DNA of 64,000 nt from Ginglymostoma cirratum (Eukaryota). Positions 36,801 through 49,717 of the stretch are shown piece after piece. The stretch is from NCBI GenBank assembly GCA_024137785.1, contig JAHRHZ010000267.1:22251644-22315643 (forward strand), in the 5' to 3' direction. The notes beneath the pieces were generated by a model. It ran no database searches. It saw nothing but the letters and a program-made list of their open reading frames with translations, and was not told where the DNA came from. The translations under genes were made by a program, and so were the position numbers. Each line of letters opens with the position of its first letter. The first letter of the stretch is position 1.

Positions 36801-38149
36801 CACCACATTAATACAGGGGCAACATTTCTGTGACTTGCTCACATTATTTGTTGAAATACCGTTTCATCAGTCATTCAGTAACATATTATGGATGGGACAG
36901 TCAAAAAACCTTAAAAACACAGATTTAAATGTAAGTCAACTTTTCACTGGGAACCAGTCATTTGAAGATCTATGCTATGATCCAGTTACAGTATTAATAG
37001 AATGTAAATGTTGATGCCAGATTAGAAACACACAAAAATAATCTTTGTATAATCTTTGGTCAAGCTAAGTGGGCATCTGAACCCAGTGTAACCCCTTCCC
37101 AATGTTGAAGAAGGAATCTAGATCTTACTGTATCCCATTGTTACCTTGCTGCCTCTTCTCTGCTAACTTCCCAATTCATGCTTTTAAAAGTTACTCGATA
37201 ATAATAAACATGGTAATAGTGAACTTGATAGTGATTAATTGACAGGTCCAGTAATTTGAAAGGGCTGTTGGAGTTTTAATTTCCAGTTTTTAATCAGATA
37301 AAATTCAGGGAAGGGAAATGAAATGAAAAAGCCAGAGGAAGCCTGTGTATGCTTCGATGACTTATATCTCAGATCATTTTCCAAAACTCAGAGGACATAG
37401 CATTGTTAGGATAACTTCTCAATGAATCATTCTAATCAGAAGTACTTTAGTGTGCAAATTAAGTTAATAGAAACTAGACATCAAAGTCCTGTCAAAATTA
37501 AATGCACCGGGTTTAAATGCTATGCTATTAATTTGGAATGAAATATTAATGATACAGTAGGAGTACGGGTTATATTTAAATGTAGCTAATTAAATAGTTC
37601 TCTTATTAAATTCTGTCAGTGCAATCTTTGTGGAACTTAAAAGATAAGGGCAAGGCTATCATCAACTTGGCTTTAAGAACCCTACTTCGTTGCAAAACAT
37701 CACCTGTATACACTTGATTGCAGAACATGAAGGGGTAATCGAATCAATGTGGTTAAAATGATAAGGACAGCCAGGAGCAGAGAAGCAGAAGAACTGTATC
37801 TTATCAGAGGGAATGGGATAACTTAAAACTAGAGCTAGTACATTCAGGGGTGGAACCAGAAAGATATTTTCACTCAAAGGGGAGTAGAAATCAGAATTGA
37901 CTCCCTCAAAAGGTTAGCGCAGTTGGAACTTTCAAGAGTAAAATCAACAAATATTTGTCAGTTGAAGGAACCAAGGGGCATAAAACAAAGGTCAGACCTG
38001 GAGATGTGCATTGACGATTGTAGGGTTCAGTTCCACTTTCAAGCTCACAGATAAGGGATCAGTGTATACCTAAATACAGCTAAACATGGTGAACGCTCAT
38101 GTTTGGGCTGATATGTGATGAGTAGCTTTCACTTCATGTACGATGGACT

Positions 38150-38520
38150 CCATCAAGAAAGATTATAATCACTTGCCTTTGACGTTCAGTGTCATTGAAA
38201 AATGCCAACCATCAACTTCCTGAGTATTATAATCGATGAGAAACCTAACTGAGCCAGCCAAATAAAATACTGAGGCTAAAAGAGCAGGTCAGCAGCTACT
38301 GTTCTGTATCAACTGACTTAACGTCCCGACACCCCAAATTCTATCCTCCATCAGTAAGGCACAAGGCAGGAATCAAATAGATTACTTATCACTCACCTGT
38401 ATCAACGTAGCTCAAAGAACACTCAAAAGGTTCAGCACCATCCAGGACAAAGGAGTCCCTTTGATTGGGACCTCACCCACCACTTTAAAGTCACTATGTT
38501 TACAACTGATACACAGTGGC
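38150..38520 (+). mobile_element. LINE RT C-terminal remnant (CR1/L2 group)
   Basis: TINFLSIIIDEKPN*ASQI; AKRAGQQL; TLKRFSTIQDKGVPLIGTSPTTL. Confidence 0.75.
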
Positions 38521-38854
38521 AACAATAGTAAGCATTCAAACAAGGGCAGGTGAAAATATAAAGGAATAAGTTTCCAAGCAAACTTTTGAAAGCAATACAA
38601 AAGGATGAGAAAAATGATGGAAGTTGATGAAGTTTCAGAGGACGAATCTATTGTGGCTAAAGGAATGACCATCTGTAGTGGAACTAATAGAATTCGGAAT
38701 TTATGTCAGAAATATGTAGCTGGAAAATATTGCAAAACTGTCTTTGGGGTCAAAAGGATTCGACATGAAGACAAGGATTTTGTCATAAAAAGTATAATAT
38801 ATATATATGGCAATAATAATTTTCCATTATTATAAACATGAATAATGATATTGA

Positions 38855-38965
38855 GTTCTGATGTAACTGTTACTCTCCCCACTGAAACTACCTAGACTAT
38901 TAAGTATTTCCAGCACTTTTTTTGTCTTTAATTGCAGATTTCGAGCATCTGCAGTATATTGCTTC
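38855..38965 (+). mobile_element. Old PLE pLTR tail
   Basis: TATTTCCAGCACTTTTTTTGTCTTTAATTGCAGATTTCGAGCATCTGCAGTATATTGCTT resembles the PLE tail. Confidence 0.6.
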
Positions 38966-38989
38966 AGAGATATTTGCATTTTGTCACTC

Positions 38990-40332
38990 GTTTGGGTAGA
39001 GGAACCCAAAGAAGTTTGTCAAGGAAGTGGGTGATGTCCTTAATGAGTACACCACATTGGTGTTCACCAAGGAAAGGAACATGGTAAGATTAGGGAGAGG
39101 TATGTTGATATTCTGGGGCGTGTCGATATTAAAAGGAGGAATTATTTGGTGTCTTGAAAAACAATAAGGTAGATAAATCCCCAAAGCCTGATGGGATCTT
39201 CCCACGATATTGAGGGAGGCAATGGAGGTGATTGCTGGGGCTTTAATTGTCACCATGGTTTTATGCGTGGTCTTGTCTCACAAACTTCAATGAGATATTT
39301 TGAACAAACAATGATGATGATTCATGAAAGTAGAACACTGTATGTTGTCTACATGGACTTTACTGAAGGATTTGACAAGATTCCTCAGGATAGGCTGGGC
39401 CAGAAGATTAGGACACATGGCATCCATGGTGAGTTAGCAAGTTGGATACAAAATTGGCTTGGTCAGAGAAGACAGAGTGTAGTTGAGGAGAGGTGTTTTT
39501 CGGACCGGAGGTTTGTGACCAGTGGCGCTCCACAAGGTAGGCGCTGGGATTTCTGTTGTTATCATTTATATAAATGAGTTGGATGAAAATGTAGGTGGTC
39601 TGATTAGTAAGTTTGCAGATGACACAAAAATTGTTGGAGTTATGGATAGCGAGGAAGGCTATCAGAGGACACAGCAGAATATAGGTCAGTTGGAAAACTG
39701 CTTGGAGAAATGGCGGATGGAGTGGAATCCAGACAAGTGCGAAATGATGGATTCTAGGAGGTCAAATCAAGTGGAAAGTATACCGTAAATAGCAGGAACC
39801 TTAGGCATATTGATATATAAGAGGGATCTTGGGGTTCAAGTCCTTAGCTCCCTGAAAATGGCAACACAAATGGACAAAGTGGTAAAGAAGGCATACAGCA
39901 TGCTTACCTTCATTGGTCGATGCATTGAGTATAAAAGCTGCTAACCATGTTGCAGCTGTATAAAACTTTAGGTCAGCCACATTTGGAGTTTTGCGAGAAT
40001 TCTGATCCCCACACAATAGGAAGATGTGAAGGCCAGAGAGAGGATTCAAAAGAGGTTCACCAAGATGTTGCCAGGGTTGGAGTGTATTAGAGAGGTTGGC
40101 AACTTGGATTGTTTTCACTTTAGTGTCAGAGGCTGAGGACAACCTGATAGAAGTATATAAAATAGAAGGGCATGGTTGGAGTAGATAGTGAGTGTCTTCG
40201 CCCCAAGGTGAAAATATCAATATTTGAGGCTGTATTTTTAAAGTGACAGGGGAAAAGTTAAATGGTGATGTGCAAAGAAACTTTTTCACAGAGATAGTAG
40301 GTGCCTGGAATGCACTGCCAGGGGAGGTGGCG
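38990..40332 (+). mobile_element. CR1 LINE ORF2 RT region
   Basis: VVYMDFTEGFDKIPQ, WIQNWLGQRRQSVV, VTSGAPQG, YINELDENVGGLISKFADDTKIVG; same family as 2571-4215. Confidence 0.93.
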
Positions 40333-40334
40333 TG

Positions 40335-41165
40335 ATATGTCTCCAGGGATTTGAGGTGTCTGCCGTACAAGATCCATGTTCCTGATACATACAGGAAGAT
40401 GGGGACCACAGCTGTACTGTAGTGATTTCGGTACTGGGTTTGAGGTCTCAAACTTTAAACAGTCTGTTCCTCAGGCATCCAAAGACTGTACTGGTGCATT
40501 GGAGTTGATGTTGGATTTCATTGTCAATGTCTGCTGACACCAAGAGGAGGCTCCCAAGGTATGGGAAATGATCCATGTTGTCCAGGGGCTGGCTGTGGGT
40601 TTTAATGGTTGGGTATGCAGTGCTGTATGTTAGGGAGAGTTGATGGCTGGTTGCAATGCAGAGTGACATGAACAGTGTAGGTTCAATTCCTGCACTGGCT
40701 GAGGTTACCATTTAGGACTTTCCTTCACATCCTCTCCCTTTACCCTGAGGTGTAGTGACCCTCAGGTTAATCTACCACCAGTCATTTCTCTCTAATGACA
40801 TGATAATGACTTTATCTTTATTGTGTGCCCGGAGCAGGCTGGTAGACAACCTTTATTTCCAAGATGTTTAGTCTGAAGTCCATTTTCTCATAGCCCTGGA
40901 TGAATGCGTTGATGCTGGTTTGTAGCTCGGTCTGAGAGTGCTTGCACAGGTGTTGTCTGTGTACTGCAGCTCGGTGTCAGAAGTCAGGGTGAACGTGGTT
41001 CTGGCCTGGAGGTGTGGAAGATTGAATAGTTTCCTGCTGGTCCTGTAGGTTAGCTCCACTCCAGCAGGAAGCTTCATGAAGTTGGTGTGGAGTGTTTCAG
41101 TGAGGAAGATGGAGAAGAGAGTTGGTGTGATTGCGCAAGCACTCTTCGTGCCATCTTGCAACATA
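40335..41165 (-). mobile_element. RTE-clade LINE RT, downstream segment
   Basis: TPTLFSIFL…PAGVELTYRTSRKLFNL…ELQYTDN; FPYLGSLL…DIDNEIQHQLQCTSTVFGCLRNRLF. Confidence 0.88.
40620..40820 (+). mobile_element. Short tRNA-derived SINE nested in the RTE
   Basis: GGCTGGTTGCAATGCAGAGTGAC…GGTTCAATTCC (B box)…GGCTGAGGTTACCAT…GTGACCCTCAGGTTAA…GACTTTA. Confidence 0.7.
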
Positions 41166-41289
41166 CTACTCATTGCCATGTCAGCTCACCTCCAACTTCC
41201 TGTGAAATTGAAAAGCCATCTGACAGCTGTAGAACAAAAACACCTCTGGCTCAGATGGAATTCCTGCTGCAGTACTAAAGTACAATGGA

Positions 41290-41769
41290 GAGGCAACCTT
41301 GACCTGAATCCAAGACCTCATTGTCCTTGTCTGGAAGGATGAGAGTATATGGGAGATCTCAGAGATGTTGTAATGGCGACTGTCTTCAAGACAGGAGACA
41401 GGTCCAACCGTGGAAAATACAGACGGATCTTCTTACTGTCCATCACAGGAAAAGTCATCATCAGAATCCTCCTCAACCATCTCCTCTCAGAGGCACATTG
41501 GAGATGATTTTCAGTGTGCGACAAATCCAAGAAAAGTGTAGAGAACAACACCAACCTCAGCACATGGCCTTCTTTGATCTCACTGGGGCTTTCAACTTTG
41601 TCAGCCATGAGGGATTGTGAAATATGCCCCTCCAGTTTGGTAGCCTGAAGAACTTTATGATGATTCTCCACCTGCTTCATGATGATATGCAAACCATAAT
41701 CCTCACCAATGGAGCCACCACAGACCCAATACCAGTGCAAGCTGGGGATCAAACAGGGCTGCGTCATCA
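41290..41769 (+). mobile_element. RTE-clade LINE RT, upstream segment, inverted relative to 40335-41165
   Basis: LSITGKVIIRILLNHL, RGTLEMIFSVRQIQEKCREQHQP…AFFDLTGAFNFVS, LLHDDM, ends KQGCVI. Confidence 0.9.
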
Positions 41770-41774
41770 GACTA

Positions 41775-42000
41775 TGTAACAATCCTTTACTGTTTATTAA
41801 GATTGAGCCTACCTTCTGCTGAAGACTTCATGTGGGCATCCTTCCATACTTGGGATCACGAACTTAAACAAATACCGATATGAAGGATTGGTAGCTGTGA
41901 ATCTACCCAAGGCATCTCCTGTTCCAGAGAATGTGACCACATACTTTTATACGATAGTAATAGAGGTAGACACCACTATTAAATATGATAGAGCTGATAT
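41775..42000 (-). mobile_element. Solo-LTR-like fragment
   Basis: Starts TGTAACA; minus strand has TATAAAA (~41945-41951) upstream of AATAAA (~41793-41798) and ends TGTTACA. Confidence 0.4.
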
Positions 42001-42515
42001 CAGATTATCCATCTCACCTCACACCTTCCCCACCTATTGGCGATTTGCCATTTAGCATTGGTAGCTTTAAAATTTTATTTTAATGAGGGTCAGTCACCAA
42101 ATTTGTTCAGGCCATCCACTGCAAGATCAGCAGGTGGCTTGATCATCTTACTCAATGTCTATCTCAATCAAAAAGATACCCCATGATCATCCAGGCATTT
42201 CTTGCCCCTGGTTGTTACCTGGTGCATCCATTCTGGTGAAGTTCTATTGACAGGCAGAGTACTCAACTCTCAATGATATTGGAAAGGGACACTTTTAGAT
42301 TAAAGTGAAAACCCGACTGCATGTCAGGAAAGCCACAATAATATATATCTTCAATCAAAACGTATCTCCAGAGTACTACCACTTTATCTTAGAGCATCAT
42401 TAACTGCAGGAGTACTTTACATATTCAACTGATGGGGATAGACTAAATAAAAGTACCTTGAAGCTCTCTTGCACTGGGGACAATTGAGTGTTTTTAACCT
42501 GGTATTAATGTTGTC

Positions 42516-42840
42516 ATAGAATCATCATTGAACCCCTACAGTGTGGAACGAGGCCCTTTAGCCCAACAAGTCCACACCAACCTTCAGAGCACGCAACCAA
42601 ACCCATCTCCCTATAACCCACCTAATCTAAACATCCCTGAACACTATGGACAATTTAGTGTGGTCAACCCACCTAGCCTGCACATCTTTGGACTGTGGAA
42701 GGAAACCAGAGCGCCCGGAGGAAACCCGAGCAGACACAGGGAGAACGTGCAAACTCCACACAGACAGTTGCCCGAGGGTGGAATTGAACCCAGGTCCCTG
42801 GTGCTGTGAGGCAGCAGCACTAACCATTGACCCACCGTGC
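42516..42840 (-). mobile_element. HE1-type (V-SINE) SINE, near full length
   Basis: Minus strand GCACGGTGGGTCAATGGTTAGTGCTGCTGCCTCACAGCACCAGGGACCTGGGTTCAATTCC, V-core, tail CACTGTAGGG…GATTCTATGA. Confidence 0.93.
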
Positions 42841-44629
42841 TCTCCTTGTGTGTTTTTTATAATCTGCAATCTGAGTACAGAAAATAATTTCTCATGCTAT
42901 TTCACTTGCTCCAGCAGTAACAATGTTGAGTGAAAGAAAGACATCAGTAGACTTTTGCCTGACGTTATATAAACATCTGAGATCTAAAACATTAGTTCAT
43001 CTGTAAGTACGTTGAATAAACTTCATTGATAAACTGACCTTATCTGCCGCGCACAATGAACAGGTTTAGTTGTGAGTCCTGTGTTTGGAGAATAATTTCT
43101 TATGAAACTTTAGGTTACCAAACAGTAGGTCAAGCTTTGATAAGGTCAATTGTGTGATAGAAATATAATGGTAGGCAAGTACAAACATTCTCTATAAACT
43201 AAATAAAAGGTTACAGATTTTGGGACTGTCTTAGATATTTGCTAAGACTCCATAGTACTGGTCATTCGTGTTAATGGAGCCCATTGTTTTGACTTTCAGA
43301 AATATGTCTGTACTATCGAACTCTTAGCTACACAATAGTGTAACCCCAGAGTTTTTCACTGGAAATCTCACATTAGGGAACAGGTTGAGTTCCACAATAT
43401 TTACCTGGGTAGCTACACAAGAAATGTTAGAAAGATTGATACCTAATCTAACACCTGATTAACTTTTCTGATGTGATTCTTATGTCCACATCCATGAATT
43501 TTGGTTTAAGTCAGATTGGTCAAGGAGAAGATAAGGTCAACAACTGCCTTCTCGACTCGACTTCTGTAGAACTCTGTTTATTGCTTTCTAATAACCGACA
43601 GTACCATATATGGTAATCTGAGATAAACCAGGTCTAATGTCACTGTTGCAACATGAAGACACTATTCACTGAATGTTATCGATCTTCTAATTTCTATCTC
43701 TCCACTTTCTAACACCACGCATGCTGTGCAATCTATGCCACTGGGGAGAAGCTCCTTATGCCTGATTGTTTTTCCGAATCAAAGCATCTTAATGCTGTTT
43801 CTGAAAAAGTTTCTTAACTTGCTTTTTCATAATTTTTCCATCCAGTATACAATGAGTCACTGCCAGAGATTTTACCTCTGCTTCTCAGCCTGGTTTTCAG
43901 GTTTATTTTCTCTAAGGAATTGAATCTGTCTTTGATGCTCAGTAAGTCAGCCTTTTCTCATGAATGTTCAATCTGGATTTATCCTCTTGGCTGCTCGAGG
44001 ACTTTTACTGATTTTCTGTTTTTCCTTTTTCCATTAAAAGATTGCTCCCCCATTACTTGCTGTAAAAAGCTTTTATTGACTTACAGTTATCTTTGGTCGT
44101 TTCTCTGTAGGAATCTTCTGTTAAGCGTTTTCTTTCTTTGACAGCAGCTCTGTGACTCTCCTGGCTGCTCACTGGTATTAAAATTGTACAAATGATTTTG
44201 TTTTTTAGAAAAGTGGTTTCTGCAGTTCTTTTCTCTAGATAGTTTCTGATCTGTTTCTTGATTTCACTACTGCCATAATTTTCCAGGCCTAAACATAGGT
44301 TCTGCCATCATCAGTTGGTCATGTAGATTTTATGCCAGCATCCATGAGTTTGGGTTCAAGGCGGACTGTCCAAAGAGAAGGCAAGGACAAAAACTGTCTT
44401 CAGGCTTAGACTTCTTTAGAACCCTGTTTATTGCATATTAATACTACACAGGACCATAAATGTTAAACTGAGCTATACCAGGCTTTAATCTTGCTGTTAC
44501 TTTATGAAGAGACTATTCCCTAATCTCTATGCGTCATTCACCTTCTATCGCGCCGCTTTCAATCTAATTAATTCTGCCCAAATCTGTGATGTCATTGCAA
44601 AATTGCAACAGAGATCCACACCCTTAAAC

Positions 44630-44980
44630 AACAGGTAACTGCTCAACTTACCCTCAATCATCCTCAACACTGCCCTCCTGTCAACCCCCTGACCAACTGA
44701 TTATTTCCTAAATATCACCCCAAGCCAACTACCCAATGACTGCCTGACTACCCTCCCAAGCCAACCTTAATACCCTCCTCAACCAACCTGAATAGCCTCC
44801 TAACCCAACTTCTTCCCACTTTTTTAAGCATCTGACCATCTATCTAGTTCACCAACCTAACTACCCCTGCAGACTTGACACAAATAATCTCCTAACCAAC
44901 CCTTAACCATTCAAATACCCATCAATCACCCAACTACCGCGACTCTGATGACACCACTCAACTACCTCCTATCCATTTTC
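44630..44980. repeat. C/A-rich degenerate tandem or low-complexity tract (CCAAC-type units)
   Basis: Recurrent CCAACC, CCAACT and CCCAAGCCAAC; G almost absent on the + strand. Confidence 0.6.
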
Positions 44981-45574
44981 ACACTGAAACTGTAAATTTA
45001 AACTTACCACACATCTGCTAGTGCCTTGAGAAAGGAGCGAGCTCTGTCTTACCCTGACTGTAGTTTACTTCACCAGGCTTCCCTGTTATGCGCTGCACTG
45101 TGCATTTCTATGAAAGCCAGACTCAGAGGTTCCAATAGAAATGCACAGCAGTATCAAGTTGGAGGAAGTTTTAAGTGCATGGGCAATTCCTGCTCAAAAG
45201 ACCCAGGTGAATATTTTTGGAAATGGTACCAGTATAATGTCAGTTATGAGTTGTAGCAATTATAGCATTCTTAGAAAGAGCAGATGACTTATTCCTAAAG
45301 CATTCCTTGCCTCATGTGTTGGCCAGATTGACTCCTATGACTAGTCAATAATTCAATTATTAATCCAACATATAACTACTTGGATTGCAGAAGGTGAACT
45401 ATTTCTGATTGTACTTTATTTTTAAAATTAATTGGTTAAACATAATCTAAGCAGCCAATTTTCACATGAATCACTGTCCAATAATTTAAAGACAAGCACA
45501 GAGTTAGGAATTTCCACATAGAATATTTTTCCATCTTGAATGTTAATTAGGTTCCATATACATTCTTCTAATTG

Positions 45575-46030
45575 AAACATAGGACATAGAAAATAGGTGC
45601 AGGAGTAGGTAATTCAGCCCTTTGAGCCTGCACCACCGTTCAATATGATCATGACTGATCATGAAATCTCAGTATCCCGTTCCTGCTTTCTCTCCATACT
45701 CCTCGATTCCTTTAGCCACAAAGCCCACTTTCAGCTCCCTCATGAATTTATCGAATGAAATGACTATAACAGCTTCCTGTGGGAGATCATTCCACAGGTT
45801 CACAACTCTGAGTGAAGAAATTCTTCCTCATTTCAGTACTGAATGGCTTACTCCTTATTCTTCAACTGTCACCCCTAGACCTGGACTTCCCCAACATGAA
45901 GAACATTCTTTCCACATCTAACCTGTCCAGTCCCATTAGGATTTTATATGTTTCTTTGAGATTCCCCCCGCATTCTTCTAAATTCCAGCAAATACAAGCC
46001 CAGTCAATCCAGTCTGTCTTCATTTGTCAG
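45575..46030 (-). mobile_element. CR1 LINE 3' end
   Basis: ACATAGGACATAGAAAATAGGTGCAGGAGTAGG…CCCTTTGAGCCTGC…TTCCACAGGTTCACAACTCT is the reverse complement of a CR1 tail. Confidence 0.9.
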
Positions 46031-46361
46031 AATACCTATTCTGCTTTCTAAATTTATCAAAGTCTAACAATTACTCAAATGCATATTAGCAGTAAATTTT
46101 GTCCTTATGGTAATGATTTATCCAAACTTTCATAAATCTAACTTTCCTAACCAAGCCTTCCAATTCCTGAGCTTCTGAATCTGGGAAAACCTGATCCTTG
46201 CTTCATTTTCCAATGATCATAAGGCGCAACTTCACAGAACATCAATTGGAAATCTTATCCAGACATTTTATGCTTAGTTTCAGCCATTCTCTTCAAAATA
46301 ATTTATACCACCCTTCAGTCTGAAACAAAAAACCTTAGTTTCCATTTTGTAAAATATTTCT

Positions 46362-46700
46362 TCATGGGATGTGGCCATCACTGGCTAGGCCAGAATTTAT
46401 TGCCGAGAGGGCAGTTAAGAGTCAATGACATTGCTCTGGGAATGGAGTCACATGTAAGCCGGCCCCAGATAAGGGCAACAGATTTATTTCCCGAAAGAAC
46501 AAAATTGAAGCAGATGGGTTTTACAACAATTGGCAGTGGCACTTGGCCACTATTAGACTGGTCTTTTATTCTTGACTTTTAATTGAAGTTACATTTCACG
46601 ATCTGCTGCAGTGGAATTTGATCCCACATCCACTAAGCATTAACCTAGGGTTGTGGATTGATTGATTGATGCCTTTACCACTACACCAGTACCCTCGACC
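46362..46700 (-). mobile_element. tRNA-headed SINE (second family)
   Basis: GGGCAGTTAAGAGTCAA…GGAGTCACATGTA…GGAATTTGATCCC…ACCACTACACCA. Confidence 0.85.
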
Positions 46701-46704
46701 ATCT

Positions 46705-46897
46705 TCTACCCTTTCAAAATTGGATCCAAGCAAGTCAGTGAGACAGAAAACAAGATACTCTTCTTTGTGAATTGGGTTTATTAACTGCTCAGTCCTGTAG
46801 CTCCTTCCACACACCAGTCTCGTCTATTCCACTGTTATACCTACACAGTCAATTAATTAATCAATTACCCCAAACATCCACTTAACTATTTGCGACA
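46705..46897 (-). mobile_element. Short solo-LTR-like element
   Basis: Minus strand begins TGTCGCA, contains TATAA and AATAAA, and resembles the flanks of 58378-59074. Confidence 0.45.
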
Positions 46898-48584
46898 GTT
46901 ACATTATTTCCCAAAGGATCATTTGCGGAATATTTACGCAGCACTGCCTTAATCATAAATCGTAATCAAATCAGAAGCAAATCAAATCAATCAAAACTAG
47001 TGTATGCAGCACCCTGGACAGGTACACAAAGTTTCATGACTTGCTGCCTTTTTCCCAAACTATACCACACATACACTTGCACCCAGTACAACTGTGTTTT
47101 GTTCTTTGTTGTTTCAGAATTTTACTGAAAATAAAATTGAGTCAAGATCCAAACAGCACACAACAGCACTATGCTTCCCTCAATTAAATACAATCTCTCC
47201 TAAATTATGTCTTATTTAACATGTCACAGATAGAAGTTCTCTATCTCTCATTTTTAGTGTCCCAGCACATAGGTATCCTGATCTGCATATTCTTTGAAAG
47301 AAATGAGCAAAGCTACTATGTAAATGTCAGCAAGTTAATTTTCACCGACTCAACTGCACAGAGGGAGATATTTGATTCATTTCTCTTGGCAAATGCATGT
47401 TGGAAGATGAAAAAAAACCTTGTACAGAAAGACACAAACCCAAAAAATATTTCCTTCTGGGCTAACGCTTTTTAATTAGTGTGTGTATATATTAAAACTC
47501 AATGAGTTCTTTTCGATGGAAATCTTTGACCATATCAAGTGAAAGATTCAGAAGATGTTGTACAAGGTAATGGGTTTGAAAGTGTTGTCATTTGGAGACA
47601 TACATAAGTTACCTACATCTTATCCGTAATAGTTATACGCCTAAGGGTTGAGATAACCTGTATACAGTTACTGAGATGTAAAATGCATTTTGTTATCTGA
47701 GAAAAGCATCGTTTCTGTTCAGACCTTTGCATGGTTCATCCTTTACCACAGACTACTAGAAAGCCCTTAGACTAGAACAGGATGGATTGGTGACAGCATC
47801 TAAACCAACCACAAGTTGTTGGTACCCAGGTCTTCTCCTTGCAGTTGTGACAGAAGATAGGAACATGATCTGCCCTTGCTGCCAAACATTATCCATCTTG
47901 ACATGATTAGTATATTATCAGCAGGAACCACTATACTATATAATTGGATAGTAGTCTCTAGAGAGTATTATGCATTGCCCGAGGCACTGCTGCAGACTTC
48001 AGGCTAGCCATGACATGATAAATTTGATAGTTTCTGTTTCCTCTGTGTTGTTTGCAATCTTTGTCTGCCACCCTTTGTGAACTTACAGACAGGTGGACAG
48101 AAATGGACAATATTTTAAAAAGAATGGAGCATCAGAATGATACTTCAAACTTGCAACTACCAACCACATGCCACACCACCGGAGGATCTCAGATAATTGA
48201 GAAAAAAACTCAGTTTGTTTTCTCTGTGATGACACAGCACCCAAGTGGAGGTGGTGACTGGGTTAGAATGAAATGTAACAAACCCAGAACTGATAGTGGA
48301 CTGGCAGAAATTTGAATCTTCTTCACATTCATACACATTATCATTCAGACTATTTTTGCACCAAAGGCATTTGAACTTTGTAAAGTTTGGAGTGAGCTCA
48401 CTAATGAGGATGAATCAGCAACCTATTGCTGCAAGCTCAGAAACCTACATTTGCCCATTTACAGCTCGCTTGGCTATATGTTTTAGTTTGATTATTTATG
48501 AACATTTGAAGCCAGTAATTATAACTTCACTGAAATGCTGCTACAAAGTAAATAAATTCTACGGTCAACTCAAGGCTCTGTTGA

Positions 48585-48730
48585 TAGTAGAGGAAACATG
48601 TTATTCAAGGAGTCAAAACTGAGTGAGGAGGTAGGTGGCAATGTGGAGTTAAGGCAATAATCAGATCAGTCATGATCTTATTGAAACATCGAGCCACCTT
48701 GAGACTGAATGGCTTCCTCTGCCTCCTAAT
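48585..48730 (+). mobile_element. CR1 3' UTR end
   Basis: TGGAGTTAAGGCAATAATCAGATCAGTCATGATCTTATTGAA…CTGAATGGCTTCCTCTGCCTCCTAATT. Confidence 0.75.
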
Positions 48731-49360
48731 TTGATTTGATTGATTTATTACTGTCACATTTACTGAAGTACAGTGAAAAGTCTTACATGCTTTACAGTCA
48801 GAGCGTACTATATAAGTGCATCAGGGTAACAGAACAGAGTGCAGGATACAGTGTTACAGCTGCCAAGAAGGTGCAGGGAGAGATCAATCTTAACATCAAA
48901 GAGGTGCATTTAAAAATCTGATAACACCAGGGAAGAAGCTGCTCTTGAATCTGTTTATATGTATTTACAAGCTTTTATATCTTCTGCCCAGCAGAAGAGG
49001 GTGGAAGAGAGTATAACCAGGGTTGGAGGGGTCTTTGATTATGTTGGTTGCTTTCCCAATGCAGTGGGAAGTACACATGAAATCAGTCTAGGCGAGGCTG
49101 GTTTGAGTGATGGACTGTGTTCACAACTCCATGTAGTTTCTTTTGGTCTTGGTAAAAGCAGTTGCCATACCACTATGTGATGCATCCAGATAGGGTGCTT
49201 TCTATGGTGCATCTGCAAAAATTCATAAGAGTCTTTATGGACATGCTGAATTTCCTTAGCCTCTTGAGGAAACAGAGGTGTTCCTGTGTTTTCTTGACTG
49301 TAGTGTCAATGTGGGTGGACCAGGATAGATGGTTGGTGATAATCACTCCTAGGAACTTGA
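48731..49360 (-). mobile_element. Rex1/Babar-type LINE 3' part
   Basis: FLGVIITNHLSWSTHIDTTVKKTQEHLCFLKRLRKFSMSIKTLMNFCRCTIESTLSGCIT*WYGNC; tail …GTGACAGTAATAAATCAATCAAATCAA. Confidence 0.88.
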
Positions 49361-49517
49361 GCTGTGCGTATTTAATCTTAGTAAATGCAAATATGAAAAA
49401 CAGTGGTCTATTTCTGTTTTTGACTTAATTAGCTAAAGAGAGCAAGTTTAGATTTTATTTGTTTCCCAAATTTTAATTCACAAGAAGAAATTCTCAAAGT
49501 TGACAGCTGTGTGCAAG

Positions 49518-49717
49518 ACATAGTAAGAACTGCAGATGCTGGAGAATCTGAGATAACAAGGGGTAGAGCTGGATGAACACAGCTGACCAAGCAGCATCAG
49601 AGGAGCAGGAAGGCTGACATTTTCTGAAGAAGGGTCTAGGCCCAAAACGTCAGCCTTCCTGCTTCTCTGATGCTGCTTGGCCTGCTGTGTTCATCCAGCT
49701 CTACACCTTGTTATCCT
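49518..49717. mobile_element. PLE hairpin micro-insertion (sister subfamily) with 13-bp TSD
   Basis: TSD AGCTGTGTGCAAG at 49505-49517 and 49718-49730; inverted arms; core CTGAAGAAGGGTCTAGGCCCAAAACGTC at 49624-49651. Confidence 0.9.

Noticed and set aside
48960-49360. ALKBH8 N-terminal-like host domain
   Set aside because: This motif is the standard C-terminus of Rex1/Babar RT and is followed by a LINE tail
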